A stretch of DNA of 58,344 nt, filler included, from Sphacelaria rigidula (GCA_964200075.2; 6 parts of 6 records of this genome joined end to end with filler, not necessarily neighbours in it), one strand, 5' to 3'; numbered from the whole stretch's first letter, positions 35,726 through 47,918 are shown. The notes: generated by a model not told the origin, from the letters alone. Numbers and translations are program-made.

Positions 35726-38700
35726 TGACGGCGTGATTTCGTCACACATCGCTACATACTCTGCCTCAGTGGTAGATAGGATGACGAACTTCTTTGTCCT
35801 AGAGAACCAAGACACTAGCGTACCTCCACAGCTACACCGTAAACGGAACGTCGGTCTTCTATCTTATGGGCGTAGTCTGCGTCAACGTACGTATCCAATT
35901 CGATCAAACTCTAACTGAGTACATCCTAAGTCGCTAGTCTTCTTGAAAAAGTAAACGGAAGTCCGGCGTAGCATTCAAATACTCGGGTATCATCTGTACC
36001 GCCTTGTAGTGAGTCAGCTTCGGTTATTAAGCACCGAGCGACTGCCCGAACTGCATTTGCGATATCGGGCCTCGTTTGGTTCGCTTTCCACATCAAGCTC
36101 CCCACGATCTCACGGAAAGGCGTACCCACCACGACCTCCCTCTCGCTCGCATGACTGAGGTCTAAAGGGGCAGCGGGAATGGGGCTAGTCTTCGAGACGT
36201 ACAAACTATTTACCACACCCTACCAGGGTTGACAATAATTGATACCATGCACGACCACTCACGGAAAGGCGTACCCACCACGACCTCCCCCTCGCTCGCA
36301 TGCCTGAGGCCTAAAGAAGGGATAGCGGGAATGGGGCTAGTCTTCGAGACGTACAAACTGTTTACAACACTCTACCAGGGTTGACAAGAGTTGATACCAT
36401 GAACGACCACTCTGCTTCAGGTCGTACAAGGCCTTGTTAGGGCAGACTACTTCACCAGATACGGATCCACATCCGGGGGGCAGGCGCAAGTAGATATCGG
36501 TGTCCAACTCCGACTGAATGAAAGCCTGGTCTACATCCAAGTACCTCAAATCCCAGTCAAGCTTACATGTCATAGCCGCCACTAACCTGTTGAGCGTAGC
36601 AGATGCCGTTGGGGAAAATGTGTCGAAGCAGTCCACTCCCTCTACCTGACTATACCCCATAGCTACCATACGGGCTTTCGCCCGGTCAACCATACCATAC
36701 CAATCACGTTTCCACTTATACATCCAGTTCGCGCCCAAAATATTGCACCCCTCTGGAATGTCAGTCATCCGCGAACGTTCCGGCAGTCATAAGCCCATCG
36801 AATTATATTCTCATCGCCTCCATCTACACATTCGAGTATTGTGATGAACATGGCGCAGGGTATGACAACGGCTCCGGCCCCGCTTCCTTGAAGAGACATT
36901 GAGGGAGCTAGCCCGGCTTCCGGGTATCCTCCTGTACCGCCAGCAGGCCATGGATTATGGTTCCCCCTTCATCGGGCCCTAACTTGGTCCCGAGCCCAGA
37001 TGCTTCTTGCTTGAACGCTCGCGTCTGCGCTCTGGATCGATCGTCCAAGTTCCTCGCCATTCCCAGATCCAACCAGATTTTACTCGAGTTGCCGCGCAGC
37101 AGTCCGCGCTGCCGTTGGAACTGAAACCCTTTGTCCGATGAAGACGAGTCGCTCTCCTCCACTGAGAGGTCGGCGCACTACTCCCCGATGGTGAATTAAC
37201 CCCTGAAGAATATGTTGCGTTGTCGGGGGCCGGCTGATTTTCATCGCCAAGAGAACCCCGCTCACTTTCACCACCATAGTCTGCGCTCTTCTCTGGAAAG
37301 GTCACTCGACGCTGATGGGGAACTCCTCTCCCCAGTAGCGGTAATGGAGTCGGTGGAGCAGAATCGATTTCATCTAGCCCTCCCGGCTGTGACGTCCCTC
37401 CCAGCTCCGACGCTTCTGCCAGCTCCAGCGAAGCCGACTGCTGCAGTTGTACTGTCAGCACCATGACCAGCGGTGCCTCCAAGGTGACGTCCCTTGTCTG
37501 CACCGCAATGAATCACGGGGGTGGTCGATACCGGGCCCGAGGTAAAAGCTACTCTAGCACTTGGGGAACGACGTTGACGGTCGGTTCCAGCGGCGATAGC
37601 CCGGACGAAGAAACGGGTGTGGTGATGCAGGTGCTGCCCCACCGTACCACATTTCGCACGGCGACTTCTTACCTGGGTTGGACGTCGTCGCGGGTGATTC
37701 AGGGCGTCACACGCCCAATATATCGCCTCAGCCCAAAGGGTCTCCGATGGTGATTCGATATGTGGAAGAGAATGGGGGCTTGAATGCGAGCAGCAAGTGC
37801 GGCGTTTTGATTATACCTGGAGCTCTCTTGGCAGCACCGTTCAGTTTGATACAGTAGTGCCTACACACGCCTTCAAAATCACCACCGAATAACTCTCCTC
37901 CATTGTCAGACCTGACTATTATCACTCCCGAAGGCACACTATCCGCACGTACATCAACCCAAAACTTCCTCAAGCATCAGCGGTATCAAACGTACGCTCG
38001 AGAAAGTATACCCATCCGTACCGGGTAAAATTGTCCTTCACTATCATTACATAGTTCTCCCCAAGCAATGAAGTAGTTCCCTTAGGACCGCTAAGATAGA
38101 CAAAACTCTTCCTGGCTTCTGTGAAGCACGAGATTTCGTGCTGTTTACGATTGTTTTCCTGCGCCCCTTTGCAATAGAACATCCAGTACATATTTCAAGT
38201 TACCCAGTAATTCTACACCTAGCGACTCTGCTGTTTCTCTCGATAGAAATCCATTGGCATGTCCCGGTACGCAGTGGAAAACGTTCATGTCTACCGCAGT
38301 CTCGCGTGAGTCAGCACTACCGGGGGCTATCACAGGGTTTGTCAGGGAAACAGGGGGGGTCGGGTTGCACTGATTTTTCAACAGACTCGAGAACCAACAA
38401 GCGGGACGATATGTAGTAATCACCGGAATCAATCCTTCTACCATACGTTGAGTATCCAGACCCACCACCCCACACCCTAAGACGCCCATCCGGTAGGGTC
38501 ACACCATTCTCGGAGTCATCAGTCGAGAAGCCTACTCCTCGTGTGTGCGCAGCCACTAGTGAGAATAGGTGAAAAGCTAAATTCGGTACTTATGTGACCT
38601 CCTCAAGTCATACTGTTACTCCTTCAGCTCTGTTGGGGAAAACTACAGCCAATGACCCAGAACACTCAACGTCGATGAGGGCATTATTGCCGATCGTAAC

Positions 38701-38867
38701 TTTGTCTTCCGATGCTCATCACGGAGCATTTCAGCTGATTGAGTCATATGAGATGTTGCCCCACTATTAGCTGCCCACCTTTCAATGCCGCCATTACTGC
38801 TATTAACAACAAATTGTGCGAATTGAGGTTTAACTCCGAGATGAGGCTCAAGCCTAAAACGGTGCTT
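35726..38867 (-). mobile_element. Degenerate Ty1/Copia retrotransposon (PR-INT-RT-RH)
   Basis: Protease WAANSGATSHM (~38780, catalytic D replaced by N); pre-integrase FHCVPGHAN; integrase VRSDNGGEL, NGAAKR; RT KARMVAMGYSQVEGVDCFDTFSP, LDVDQAF, KALYDLKQSGRSW, TRPDIANAV; RNase H VDADYA..DRRSV, LSTTEAEYVAM. Integrase precedes RT. Confidence 0.93.
36109..36412. repeat. ~150-bp tandem duplication within the Copia RT
   Basis: CTCACGGAAAGGCGTACCCACCACGACCTCCC...TTGATACCATG.ACGACCACTC present twice (36109 and 36258). Confidence 0.9.
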
Positions 38868-38967
38868 NNNNNNNNNNNNNNNNNNNNNNNNNNNNNNNNN
38901 NNNNNNNNNNNTTAATTAATTAANNNNNNNNNNNNNNNNNNNNNNNNNNNNNNNNNNNNNNNNNNNN
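38868..38967. other. Artificial contig linker
   Basis: N44-TTAATTAATTAA-N44. Confidence 0.98.
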
Positions 38968-39025
38968 TTTCGTGCATATCATTAGTGGAAATTAGACGAC
39001 GCCAACATCCGACATCACCGGAACA

Positions 39026-39362
39026 TCACGGTTTGCGGTATAATTCGACCCCGTAGTAGCCGTTGTCAGATATGCTTTTTTATTAGATTCCCGAGCCGAT
39101 GACGGTTACTACGATTTGAAGCATGTGGAGATTGGGTGGAAATTGGGCTAGCAATTCGTAATTTCGGTCTCGGAACAATTGGGCGGGCGCTGATTGGACG
39201 ATATACCTTTTCGCCCTCAGCGCCAACACTATGGCCTTACACTCAAATCCGGTCATCTCACGCTCTTCAGCTGTCCATGGCGGTCAGTGTGATATTATGT
39301 ATGCGACTATTGGGTAGGTATTGCGAAAGGCATTTGCTGATGACACAATTTTGGGTGATAGG
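39026..39362 (+). repeat. Dispersed non-coding repeat; diverged second copy at ~49981-50318
   Basis: Shared blocks GGTATAATTCGA.CCC.TAGTA.CCGTT, ATGTGGAGATTG, GGGCGCTGATTGG, TACCTTTTCGCC and GGCATTTGCTGATGACA, in the same order and spacing. Confidence 0.8.
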
Positions 39363-39877
39363 AAACAGCCTGTAGACGTCCCTTGGAGGGAACGATGAAC
39401 ATCAGAGGGGAAAATGAGCATCATTCCTCTGGAGGAGGGACCGACTATGGCCTCTAGGGCATTTGTTGCGACTCCGGAGAACACAGCCGTGCAGTATTTC
39501 CCAGCGAAAAAATTTACGCTTGTGCAGTCATTTCCAAGTCTACTAACTCCCTATGTATCAAAAATGAAAAAAGCTGTAAAGTGCACTTTTGGCCCTTCTC
39601 CGTCGATTTTCCCCCGAGAAGAGGACTATAGGCGGATGGATGTTGACACGTTGGAATGACTTGCTCTACATGCCGAGACCGTTCCATCAGAGCACCTTTG
39701 CGTTTCCCGTAGGTCACAGCTTCGTTTGTGATCAAACTTGAATTTCCAGTAACAAATGGTCAAGGTATCAAAATCGGGGGGGAAACTGACGAGATGATTT
39801 TCGTCGATTGACCCAGGGGGCAGCGAATAAAGAAAATCAGGACACGTAGGCCCGAACATCGAAATATCGAGTTTTTG

Positions 39878-39960
39878 AGGGGGACGGGGGGGGGGGACAC
39901 TCAGCCGTGTGTCCCCTGGTTTTTTGCCGAAGCGTTGCCGGATGCGGTCAGCTGCCGTAG
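39878..39960 (+). repeat. Poly-G-headed repeat; second copy at ~48716-48853
   Basis: (G)n-CAC.CAGC..TGTCCCCT.GTTT.TTGCCGA.GCGTTG.CGG.TGCGGTCAGCT.CCGT is found at both sites. Confidence 0.75.
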
Positions 39961-40023
39961 ACAGAAAAGATCCTCATATATATAATTATATATAGATCTA
40001 TTTTACATCGTATATGTACCAGA

Positions 40024-40375
40024 CCCTGGACAATACAATATGTTTCCAATATATATTAGTCGATCACATTGGAATTTTGCGATATATTGCCGGTGCAATA
40101 TATATTGGTACCCTTCGGCTGCACACGTCTTGCGCGCCCAGTAGATATTGATGGCGTGGGTCTGCTTACATATTACCCGCCCAATACATATTGATACAAT
40201 GGGGTCAAACACATATTGTCCCATCAAAATATATTGAGGCAGCGTGGGCGACAGCATATTGCTCAACCAATATATATTACGGTCGCATTGATGAGAACAT
40301 ATTGACCGGTCAATATATGTTGGGTCTGCGTGGGTGCCAATGTATTGGTCGGTCAATATATGTTGGATAACATTA
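40024..40375. mobile_element. Terminal fragment of the CCCTGGACAA (CMC/EnSpm-like) family
   Basis: Starts CCCTGGACAATACAATATGT and is followed by dense CAATATAT/ATATATTG motifs in both orientations. Confidence 0.65.
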
Positions 40376-42686
40376 TGATGGTGTACCCTTTGAGAAAGAT
40401 CCAGACGCGATGGATGCCGGCCCGTGCAGATTGGAAAAAGCTTCAAATGGCGTCGCCGAAGTTCGCGTGCATTACTACGGGGAGTTGTCGAATGCGTTTG
40501 ACACACACGCACACACACATATACGTATACAAGGTTCCCCTTCGGAAGGTTGGTACTGGCCTCCCGGGAGTGACGCAAGTCCAAAATTTACCGGTGTTAT
40601 TCCTTTTTCATATTATGGAGGCAGTCGTGTGGGAGAATATGTACCTTCCAGTAGGTATTGCCACATTCCGCAGTTCCATTTGTCTTAGACCAAGAGTGGC
40701 GGGAAGAGCGGTGGACACTTCCAGCATGAAGAGCTAGCTCCACGAGCGGTGTGTGGATGTGGGAAAACATCCTCACGCATAAGACCCGTCACAACACACA
40801 TCGCAAGTGATTGCTACCGAAATAAGATCGCGTACCGGTAGTATACGGCGAACCTATGCAGGGTTCTCTAAATGCCGGCACGATCCCGCGCGCACGGATT
40901 TCAAATCACACTTGTATGCCGTATATATAGATATGATACTGCTTGCTGTCTGAGCGTACGTGGTGTACCACCGCTCGCTCTGCCACATCTAGTACAGCGC
41001 TCGGTATTTCAGCTGAGTGTGCATTTGCCCTAGGTGGCGCACGCAAGAGCAATAGGCCGCCTCTGCCGCTATAAGTCCTGCCTGTATCTTGAGCGGAACG
41101 CAGCTGCTGTGGCGCGCAAGCCGGCTGTAACATTTCATGCCGCGTGGAGATTCTTGCACCGTCTTGAAGTCATACTACGCCCAGTTCCCTCTTTTGTACG
41201 AGTCTTATGCACGTCGCAGAAGGCAGTAGCTTCTATACTGTACTGTGCAGAGTACATGCTTTTGAATTGTATACTGACTGTAGAAGGCTCTTGCCTAGGA
41301 TGCAATAAATTTCCATACATATCAGGCGGTGAGGTCGTGAAATTATCTACAGCACATGGCCGAAGTGCAAGTGAGGCAATCACCGAAATGTTCGCATGCA
41401 AAGCTTGTGCGGCCGTTCGCTAAGTTGATAACGCTAGAAGAGTACCAGTGTAACGGCCATTCCGGCTGCCGTCCTGTTTGCACGGCCATCCCGGTAGTGA
41501 TGGGACTATCTGTACCGCGATGTCGCCCCCAGTGCCAGGTACGCCGGCAAGGGTCCGTGGCACTACCCACTGGTCGCGCGACAGGAGCTTAATCTTCGAC
41601 TGTCGAGGTTTTTGACGCGGAAATGTTCAGCTCCCAACCCTCACATATATAGCGGACCACAAACGATGCTTGTTCGCTGGGTTTCTTCGAGTGTTTGTCT
41701 ATAACTGGGCGGAGACTGATGATGAGGCCGGCAGGATCCGTCGCAGCCTGCGTGCTCAACTGTCACTGTATCCACTCCATCTAGCCGTCATCAAACAGCA
41801 GGGTCTAGAAAAATAAAATGCCACGCACCGTGGGTATTCACCGTATGAATGCAGACCGGGCCATGAGCGACGTCCCCTGCTGCAGCTGTGCCTGTGACTC
41901 CTTCCTCTAGTACCAATCTACACATCCTTCAGTGTTCTTCGCCATGCTTTTGTGGATTGTTATGTTTGCATAATCGGAGCATACATTTGGCAGATATGAC
42001 CGTGTTAGAGGCCTCACGTCAGAACTAAATGATAAGGGATCTCAGATCATTCGACTTGTGTTTGCTGGTGACTAAGTCAAGGCAATGTCCAGCTGTTTTC
42101 AAGTGCTTTGCTCTCATGTTCTCGTGACATTCGCTGTATAAACACTGTCTTCGTGTCCCCAAATCATCGAGAACGCAAAGAAAATCACGGTGCAAAAATA
42201 CCCCGCCATGAGCGGGCTTTTGTAGTTCTTGTTTGGAGTTTTCCACGATATTGGTATGGCTGTTGTGGTACGGGATCGACACGCCGAGAAAAAAAGCCTG
42301 TGTGGGCGACTTTCGATGGTCAGAACACGCGCCACAGGTATTATATGACACCCAAACCAGAACAGTAATGTACCGCTGCGCCTTCTTCGTGCACTGCAAA
42401 AGAAAGCGCGGGATGAAATGCCCTGTCGCCAGAGAAAACTCGGCAAAAGTGATGAAAATTGTGAAATGATACATGTACGTAAATATACTGGTCAGAATAT
42501 ATGGTGACAGGAGAGGCGATCCGGTACATATGCCTCCTGATACCTATCTGGCCACCGGTGCGGGGCCGCCCATCCCCTTCCCAGCATTTAGCTAATATAT
42601 CTTGGCTAAACATCACGATGACAGAAACCACGGGTCGACATGCGCCTTTTGGTACCCCTGCGGTCACCGGGGCTGTGTTGCTTATA

Positions 42687-43623
42687 CCCTGGACAATATA
42701 CAAAGTTTCGATATGATACCAATACTTTGTCTTGGAGCCAGCTCAAATAGTGTCCCTTCAAAATGTTTTGTGTTCAGATGTCCTCGGGGTCATTGAAGCA
42801 ACAACATATATTGCTCGTGTCACGATCGTAAAGTAATGTATGATAACACATATTGGACATGCGTTTGCTCGGGGAATAAAACATTCAATCTATATTGTGC
42901 ATGCCAGTCGTGTATGTATTGAAGTGTCAACATATTGAGTCGAAGAAATGCGTAGCATATTGTTACCATGCTATATATTGAACGCAAACCATGCAGAAGT
43001 AATGTTCTTCCAATATAATTTGCACACGCTCATCGGATAGCTATTGAGCAGCCAATGTATATTGAACACGTTTGCGGAGGAATGTAGTGAGAGTTTTCGG
43101 TATGTGGTGACACATCTTTCAATGGCGCCCGCGAACATAGAGTTGCCCACCATACTAGTTCCAATACACTTTCCAATCTACATGTTGAAACTCAATATAT
43201 ATTGCTACACCAGTATGTGTTGTGACCGTCCATTCTCTCGTGTATTGTCCACCCAATATATATCGGACGCATTGACGCATGACATATTGGGGCGGCAATA
43301 TATATGGCGTTTCGGGTGTTGAGTATATTGAATCATCAATATATATTGACCTTGTGTGGCATCCAGTATATTACTCGACAAATGTATATATTGGTGCCTT
43401 CTCGCACCAACATATGACTCGGCCAATATAAATTGAGGTGGCGCGTGTCGTGATGTATTGTTCGACCGATATATATTGCACGTCATGACTCTTGATATAT
43501 TTATGGCACAATATATGTTGACCTTCTCTCGTGCCATCATATTGCTCGCCCAATATATGTTGACCACCCGACGCGTCGATATCTTGAGCGGGCAATATAT
43601 ATTACATATTGTTTTGTCCAGGG
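42687..43623. mobile_element. Complete 937-bp non-autonomous TIR element, CMC/EnSpm-like
   Basis: CCCTGGACAA...TTGTCCAGGG termini, dozens of ATAT(A)TTG/CAATATAT motifs and no coding capacity. Flanks are TA and TG, so no perfect 2-bp TSD. Confidence 0.75.
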
Positions 43624-43626
43624 TGT

Positions 43627-44574
43627 GATACATATACATGTATACTGGTCAGAAAATATGGTGACAGGAGAGGCGACCCGGTATATATGCCTCCTGATAC
43701 CTATCTGGCCACCGGTACGGGGCCGCCCATCCCCTTCCAGCATTTAACTAATATATTTTGGCTGAACATCACGATGACAGAAAGCACGGGTCTATTCTCA
43801 CGAGGGCTTGGCAAGGCAAGAATACCGAGACCCTCGAAAAAGACGGACGGGACCAGGGCACAGCCCCGGGTGCCGTACGGCTTGTTGATACCATAATATA
43901 TGTTGGACGCAAACCATGCAGAAGTATTATTGTTTTTCCAACATATATTGCGCACGCTCATCGGATGGCTATTGAGCAGCCAATATGTATTGAACACGCA
44001 TGCGGAGGAATGCATTGAACGTTTTCGGCATGTGGTGATACATCTTTCTATGGCGCCCGCGAACATAGAGTTGCTCACCATACTAATTCCAAAACAACTT
44101 TTAATCTACATGTTGAAACTCGATATATTTCGCTACACCGACATGTATTTTGACCCTCGGTTCCCTGGTGTATTGTCCGCCCAATATATGTCGGACGCAT
44201 TGACGCACGACATATTGGGGCGGCAATATATATTGGCGTTTCGGGTGTCGAGTATATTGAATCGTAAATATATATTGACCTCGAGTGGCAGCCAATATAT
44301 TACTCGACAAATACACATATATATATATATATATATATATATTGGTGCCTTCTCGCACCAACGTATAACTCGGCCAATATATATTGAGGTGGCGCGTGTC
44401 GTGATGTATTGTTCGGTCGATACATATCGGATGTCGCGAGCCCTGACATATTTATGGCGCAATATATGTTGACCCTCTCTCGTGCCATCATACTTCTCGC
44501 CCAATATATATTGACCACCCGACGCGTCTATATCTTGAGCGGGCAATATGTATTACACATTATATTGTCCAGGA
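43627..44574 (+). repeat. Tandem diverged duplicate of 42467-43623 (flank plus the right part of the TIR element)
   Basis: 43627-43792 matches 42467-42637. 43889-44574 matches 42965-43623 and ends TATTGTCCAGGA followed by the same TGTG flank. An (AT)n expansion lies at ~44317-44342. Confidence 0.88.
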
Positions 44575-45280
44575 TGTGGAAACGTCCTATCTGCTTGCAG
44601 AGAGGTTTGACGCGCTGGGGTGTTTTCCACCACTTCACAGCACTCCAGAACGTTTTTTCCGTCCCACCTGCATGCCACAATGTCTTCGGATGTCTGTAAT
44701 ATAGTGTTCTCACTGCGGTGCATTTACTTGGGTTGGAGGTAGAGTCAATGGTCGTCACTAGGTTAGGTTTGGCTGGACTAGGTTTGGGTTGACGAGGTTA
44801 GGGTTGAGGAAACTAGGGCTGTGGCGGTGTTGGACCTCGTCGCGGGGCCGAACACGAGTGGTGAAAATACTCTGTTCATGGACGGCACGCGTGGAGATCG
44901 GCATACCACGGCGATTTTGGTTGGTCACTCTGTGGAGGACCCGACCTGACCGAGTAGCGATCCCTGTTTTCGAACGACAGTCCGAAAGGCGTCGCCCCGA
45001 ACGACACGATACCGGATGGGTTGGTATCCCGTGACCTCAGCGCAGAAACACGTGGAGCCGACTTGGACACATTATCGAACGTGCGCTGGCGGCTGTGTCA
45101 CGAGGAGAATCGTTGGGAGCCGGCCACAGGTGGGGAACGTCCTATCTGCCTGCAGAGGTATTTGACGCGCTGGGGTACTTTCGACCACTTCACAGCAGTC
45201 TAGAACGTTTTCTCCGTCCCACCTGCATGCCACAATGTCTTCGGATGTCTGTAATATAGCGTTCTCACTATGATGCATTT
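44575..45280 (+). repeat. Pair of ~150-bp direct repeats (44575-44725, 45131-45280) enclosing a ~400-bp spacer with degenerate TTAGGG-like repeats
   Basis: AACGTCCTATCTGC.TGCAGAG...CCGTCCCACCTGCATGCCACAATGTCTTCGGATGTCTGTAATATAG occurs twice. CTAGGTTAGGTTTGG..GGTTAGGGTTGAGG at 44758-44820. Confidence 0.85.
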
Positions 45281-45569
45281 GACACTAACCCGAAGCAGAC
45301 GATCGACGAACAACCGCTGACTCTCTCTTTCACACATGACCTCTGTGTTGGTTCCTGAGTTTGGCTCCACCTCTGTTTGGCCTCGCATGTCAAGTGCACC
45401 ATTGGACCCTACCTCCAGTAACCCGAATGGTCGCCTAAGGCACAGGGATCGATGAGGTTAGTAGTATTGTTTCTGCTTTTTTAATTTTTTATTTTTCATA
45501 TTTGTATCGCGTCTCTGTGATTTTTTCGGGTCAGATTCTATATCTTGTATTTCCTTATACCTCATTTTG

Positions 45570-45668
45570 GGTAGTCAGCCTGTGACTATGGAAGGTGTCC
45601 CCATTAGATGCTCGGTACAGAGTACTGCGCAGACATCGCAACGGTGGTTCTAGGAAGACAATAACAGC
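45570..45668 (+). repeat. Non-LTR retroelement 3' tail ending in (CAA)n; related copies at ~51456-51560 (+) and ~30073-30137 (-)
   Basis: AGCCTGTGAC.A.GGAAGG.GTCC.CAT.AGATGC..GCAGA.ATCG.AACGGT..GAAGACAA(CAA)n is shared, with a T-rich stretch upstream in the two + strand copies. Confidence 0.65.
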
Positions 45669-45699
45669 CCTCGCGGTCTGGGGGCTGACCGTTGTAGGG

Positions 45700-46100
45700 C
45701 GAGATTAGGTCATCTATTGAGTCGGCATCATTTTTGCTTCAAACAGTATGCACGATCCAGATAAACTACTCTCGGGGTCTGAGGGTTAAAGAGGCTACTT
45801 TTCTTAGATTTTTCAGACTTTTTCAGAAGAAAAAATCCAGAACGAATATGATCGCAGCTTTCTCAAACAGGTCAAGGAATAGAACAGTTGAAGGCTGGTT
45901 GTGAATTACTCGGAACATTGAGCGTTGAATTTTTCCCAAGAATCTGTTCTCTGGGAACGTCTGACACTCTCCCGAAAAAATTAAAAAGAAAGGTCTGAAA
46001 AAAATCCCGTTAACCCTCAGACCGCGGAGGTTGTCCATCTGGATCATTCATACTTTTTCCAAGTAAAATTGATGCCGACTCAACACATGACCTAGTCTCG
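45700..46100. mobile_element. Fold-back element with ~90-120-bp inverted arms
   Basis: CGAGATTAGGTCAT..TTGAGTCGGCATCA..GATCCAGAT..GGTCTGAGGGTTAA pairs with TTAACCCTCAGACC..ATCTGGATC..TGATGCCGACTCAA..ATGACCTAGTCTCG. Confidence 0.8.
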
Positions 46101-47918
46101 TTGTCCAAGGATTAGTAACGGCCCTAACAACCCTGGGGGTACATTCGAGGTAATCCAGGCTACGTTTGTGAGGTTTTTCGATTTCACCTGGAGAATGAAT
46201 GCGTCACCGATGGTCTATCCTCGTGGTCAAGAGGACATTGAACTCGCTGAACGCCTAACGTTAGATAGATGACGCATGATAGTGAATAACCCACATTAGT
46301 GAACACGGGTTGGTATCAACTGTTTTGATATATGACGTGCGAATGACAGTGTATTCGGACGATGTACAAGTACTTCTGGGGTACTTGAAAAATGTGAAAA
46401 GTAAAAAGTAAAAATGGTCTACATTCCCCCAAAACATGATCACACGGGTGGTATCTACCGTGTTGATCTGCTACACACAAACGGCGATGTATCTTCTCTC
46501 ACGAAGTCATCAAGAGAACGTGTGAACAACACCGTATGTTTCCTCGACCCCCTGTTTCTCTCCATTCCGAGATTAAACCGCTGCAAGTCCTACCCAAACA
46601 TGATGGGGGTGTATCTACGGTTATGACCAGTCACATATGCATTTACATATGAGTGGCGATTTCCCTAAACATGCGCTAGTTATCGCCCAAACTTGCCCAC
46701 CCTTTACCAAAGCATCACAATCTATCTCTCCCCCCATCCGTTTTCCCGAGAACAGAATCAATGCATCCCCTAACCGACAATCGCAACGGGAAGCGAGTGT
46801 TATCCGACATTTCAACGACATGCGGCCGAATACCTATGAAGATGCGAACATGACCGGTACCAGAGGTACCATCGAAACATCGACACCCATACTATTTACT
46901 TGTAGAATTGTCAAGAGCACCACCGTTCGTTTGAGACAGGATAAAACGACGGATATTACGGCTGGATAAAGCTACTTTCCTATCCCTGGACAAAACCATG
47001 TCCCCTACTTTTGCATGGGACCTCACCGATGCATCAGGGATATTTTCTATGTGGTTGCACGTGCCATGCAGTAAACGCTCTACTTCTGATGACGTCATGA
47101 ATGTACTGATACAGCCGAAACAAAAAAGAGACAACGTTTATCCACAAGTTGTTCCGAGTTCAAATTCATTGGTCAGGATCGTCGGTCATAAGAATTGGGC
47201 CCGCAACACTTTTGCCTGGAGTAGCGCGTAAGCGCACTGGGTGCATCGCCTATTTGTCAACCCTTTGATGCAACGACGATTTTCCTCGGATCGTGGTGGT
47301 CTGGTGGGAGATGCAGCAGTGAGAGCACTGACAGTGAGTTCTCCAGTCATACGCTCAGCCCCTACCGCCTGAGCTATGGTGTCTTCTGTGCACTCAACGC
47401 TTGACATATATTTGGGGTTGAACAAGAGCAGCGCAAAATCAGTGTATTTTATGAAGTCCTCGCGTTGACGACTTCTGACCGACAATGACGAGTTCTATGA
47501 AATTTTATCATGACCACTAAACGAATCGAACGACAAAATCACTGGTGCGATCGGCAACCTAATCATTGCGGTTCATCCTTCTTCTGCAGACACACTTGTT
47601 TGTCGAAGTCTCGAAGACATGTGCAAATTATATTTCTAGCGCCGAACACTCAACACTTCCCTTCGCCTTGGAATCGCTTGAGTTGAGTATTGGCGCGAAT
47701 CGCAAAATATCTCGGATGCCTCGTACGCGTTACGTCTTTTCTCGCACGGAGTCCCCGCAGACAGGTGTCATTGTGTGACGCACGACAGCGCAGCATTTTC
47801 CCTCACAGCGACGCACCAGAGCGCACCATTTCTCACAGGAACTTTCTGTGCGATCAGCCAGACTTCCAGGTTCTTGTGTTTTCATTATGATCAAGATGTC
47901 AAGTGTCCGTTGCATTAT

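Noticed and set aside
42800..44560. Short motif with variable spacers as a CRISPR-like or guide array
   Set aside because: The motif is only ~8 bp, occurs in both orientations at irregular spacing, and lies between TIRs. Subterminal repeats explain it better.
46200..47500. Degenerate helicase or viral gene (DGTSGTGH, Walker-A-like, - strand near 46860)
   Set aside because: The motif lacks the catalytic Lys, the frame has nearby stops, and no Walker B or other motif supports it. A translated search would be needed.
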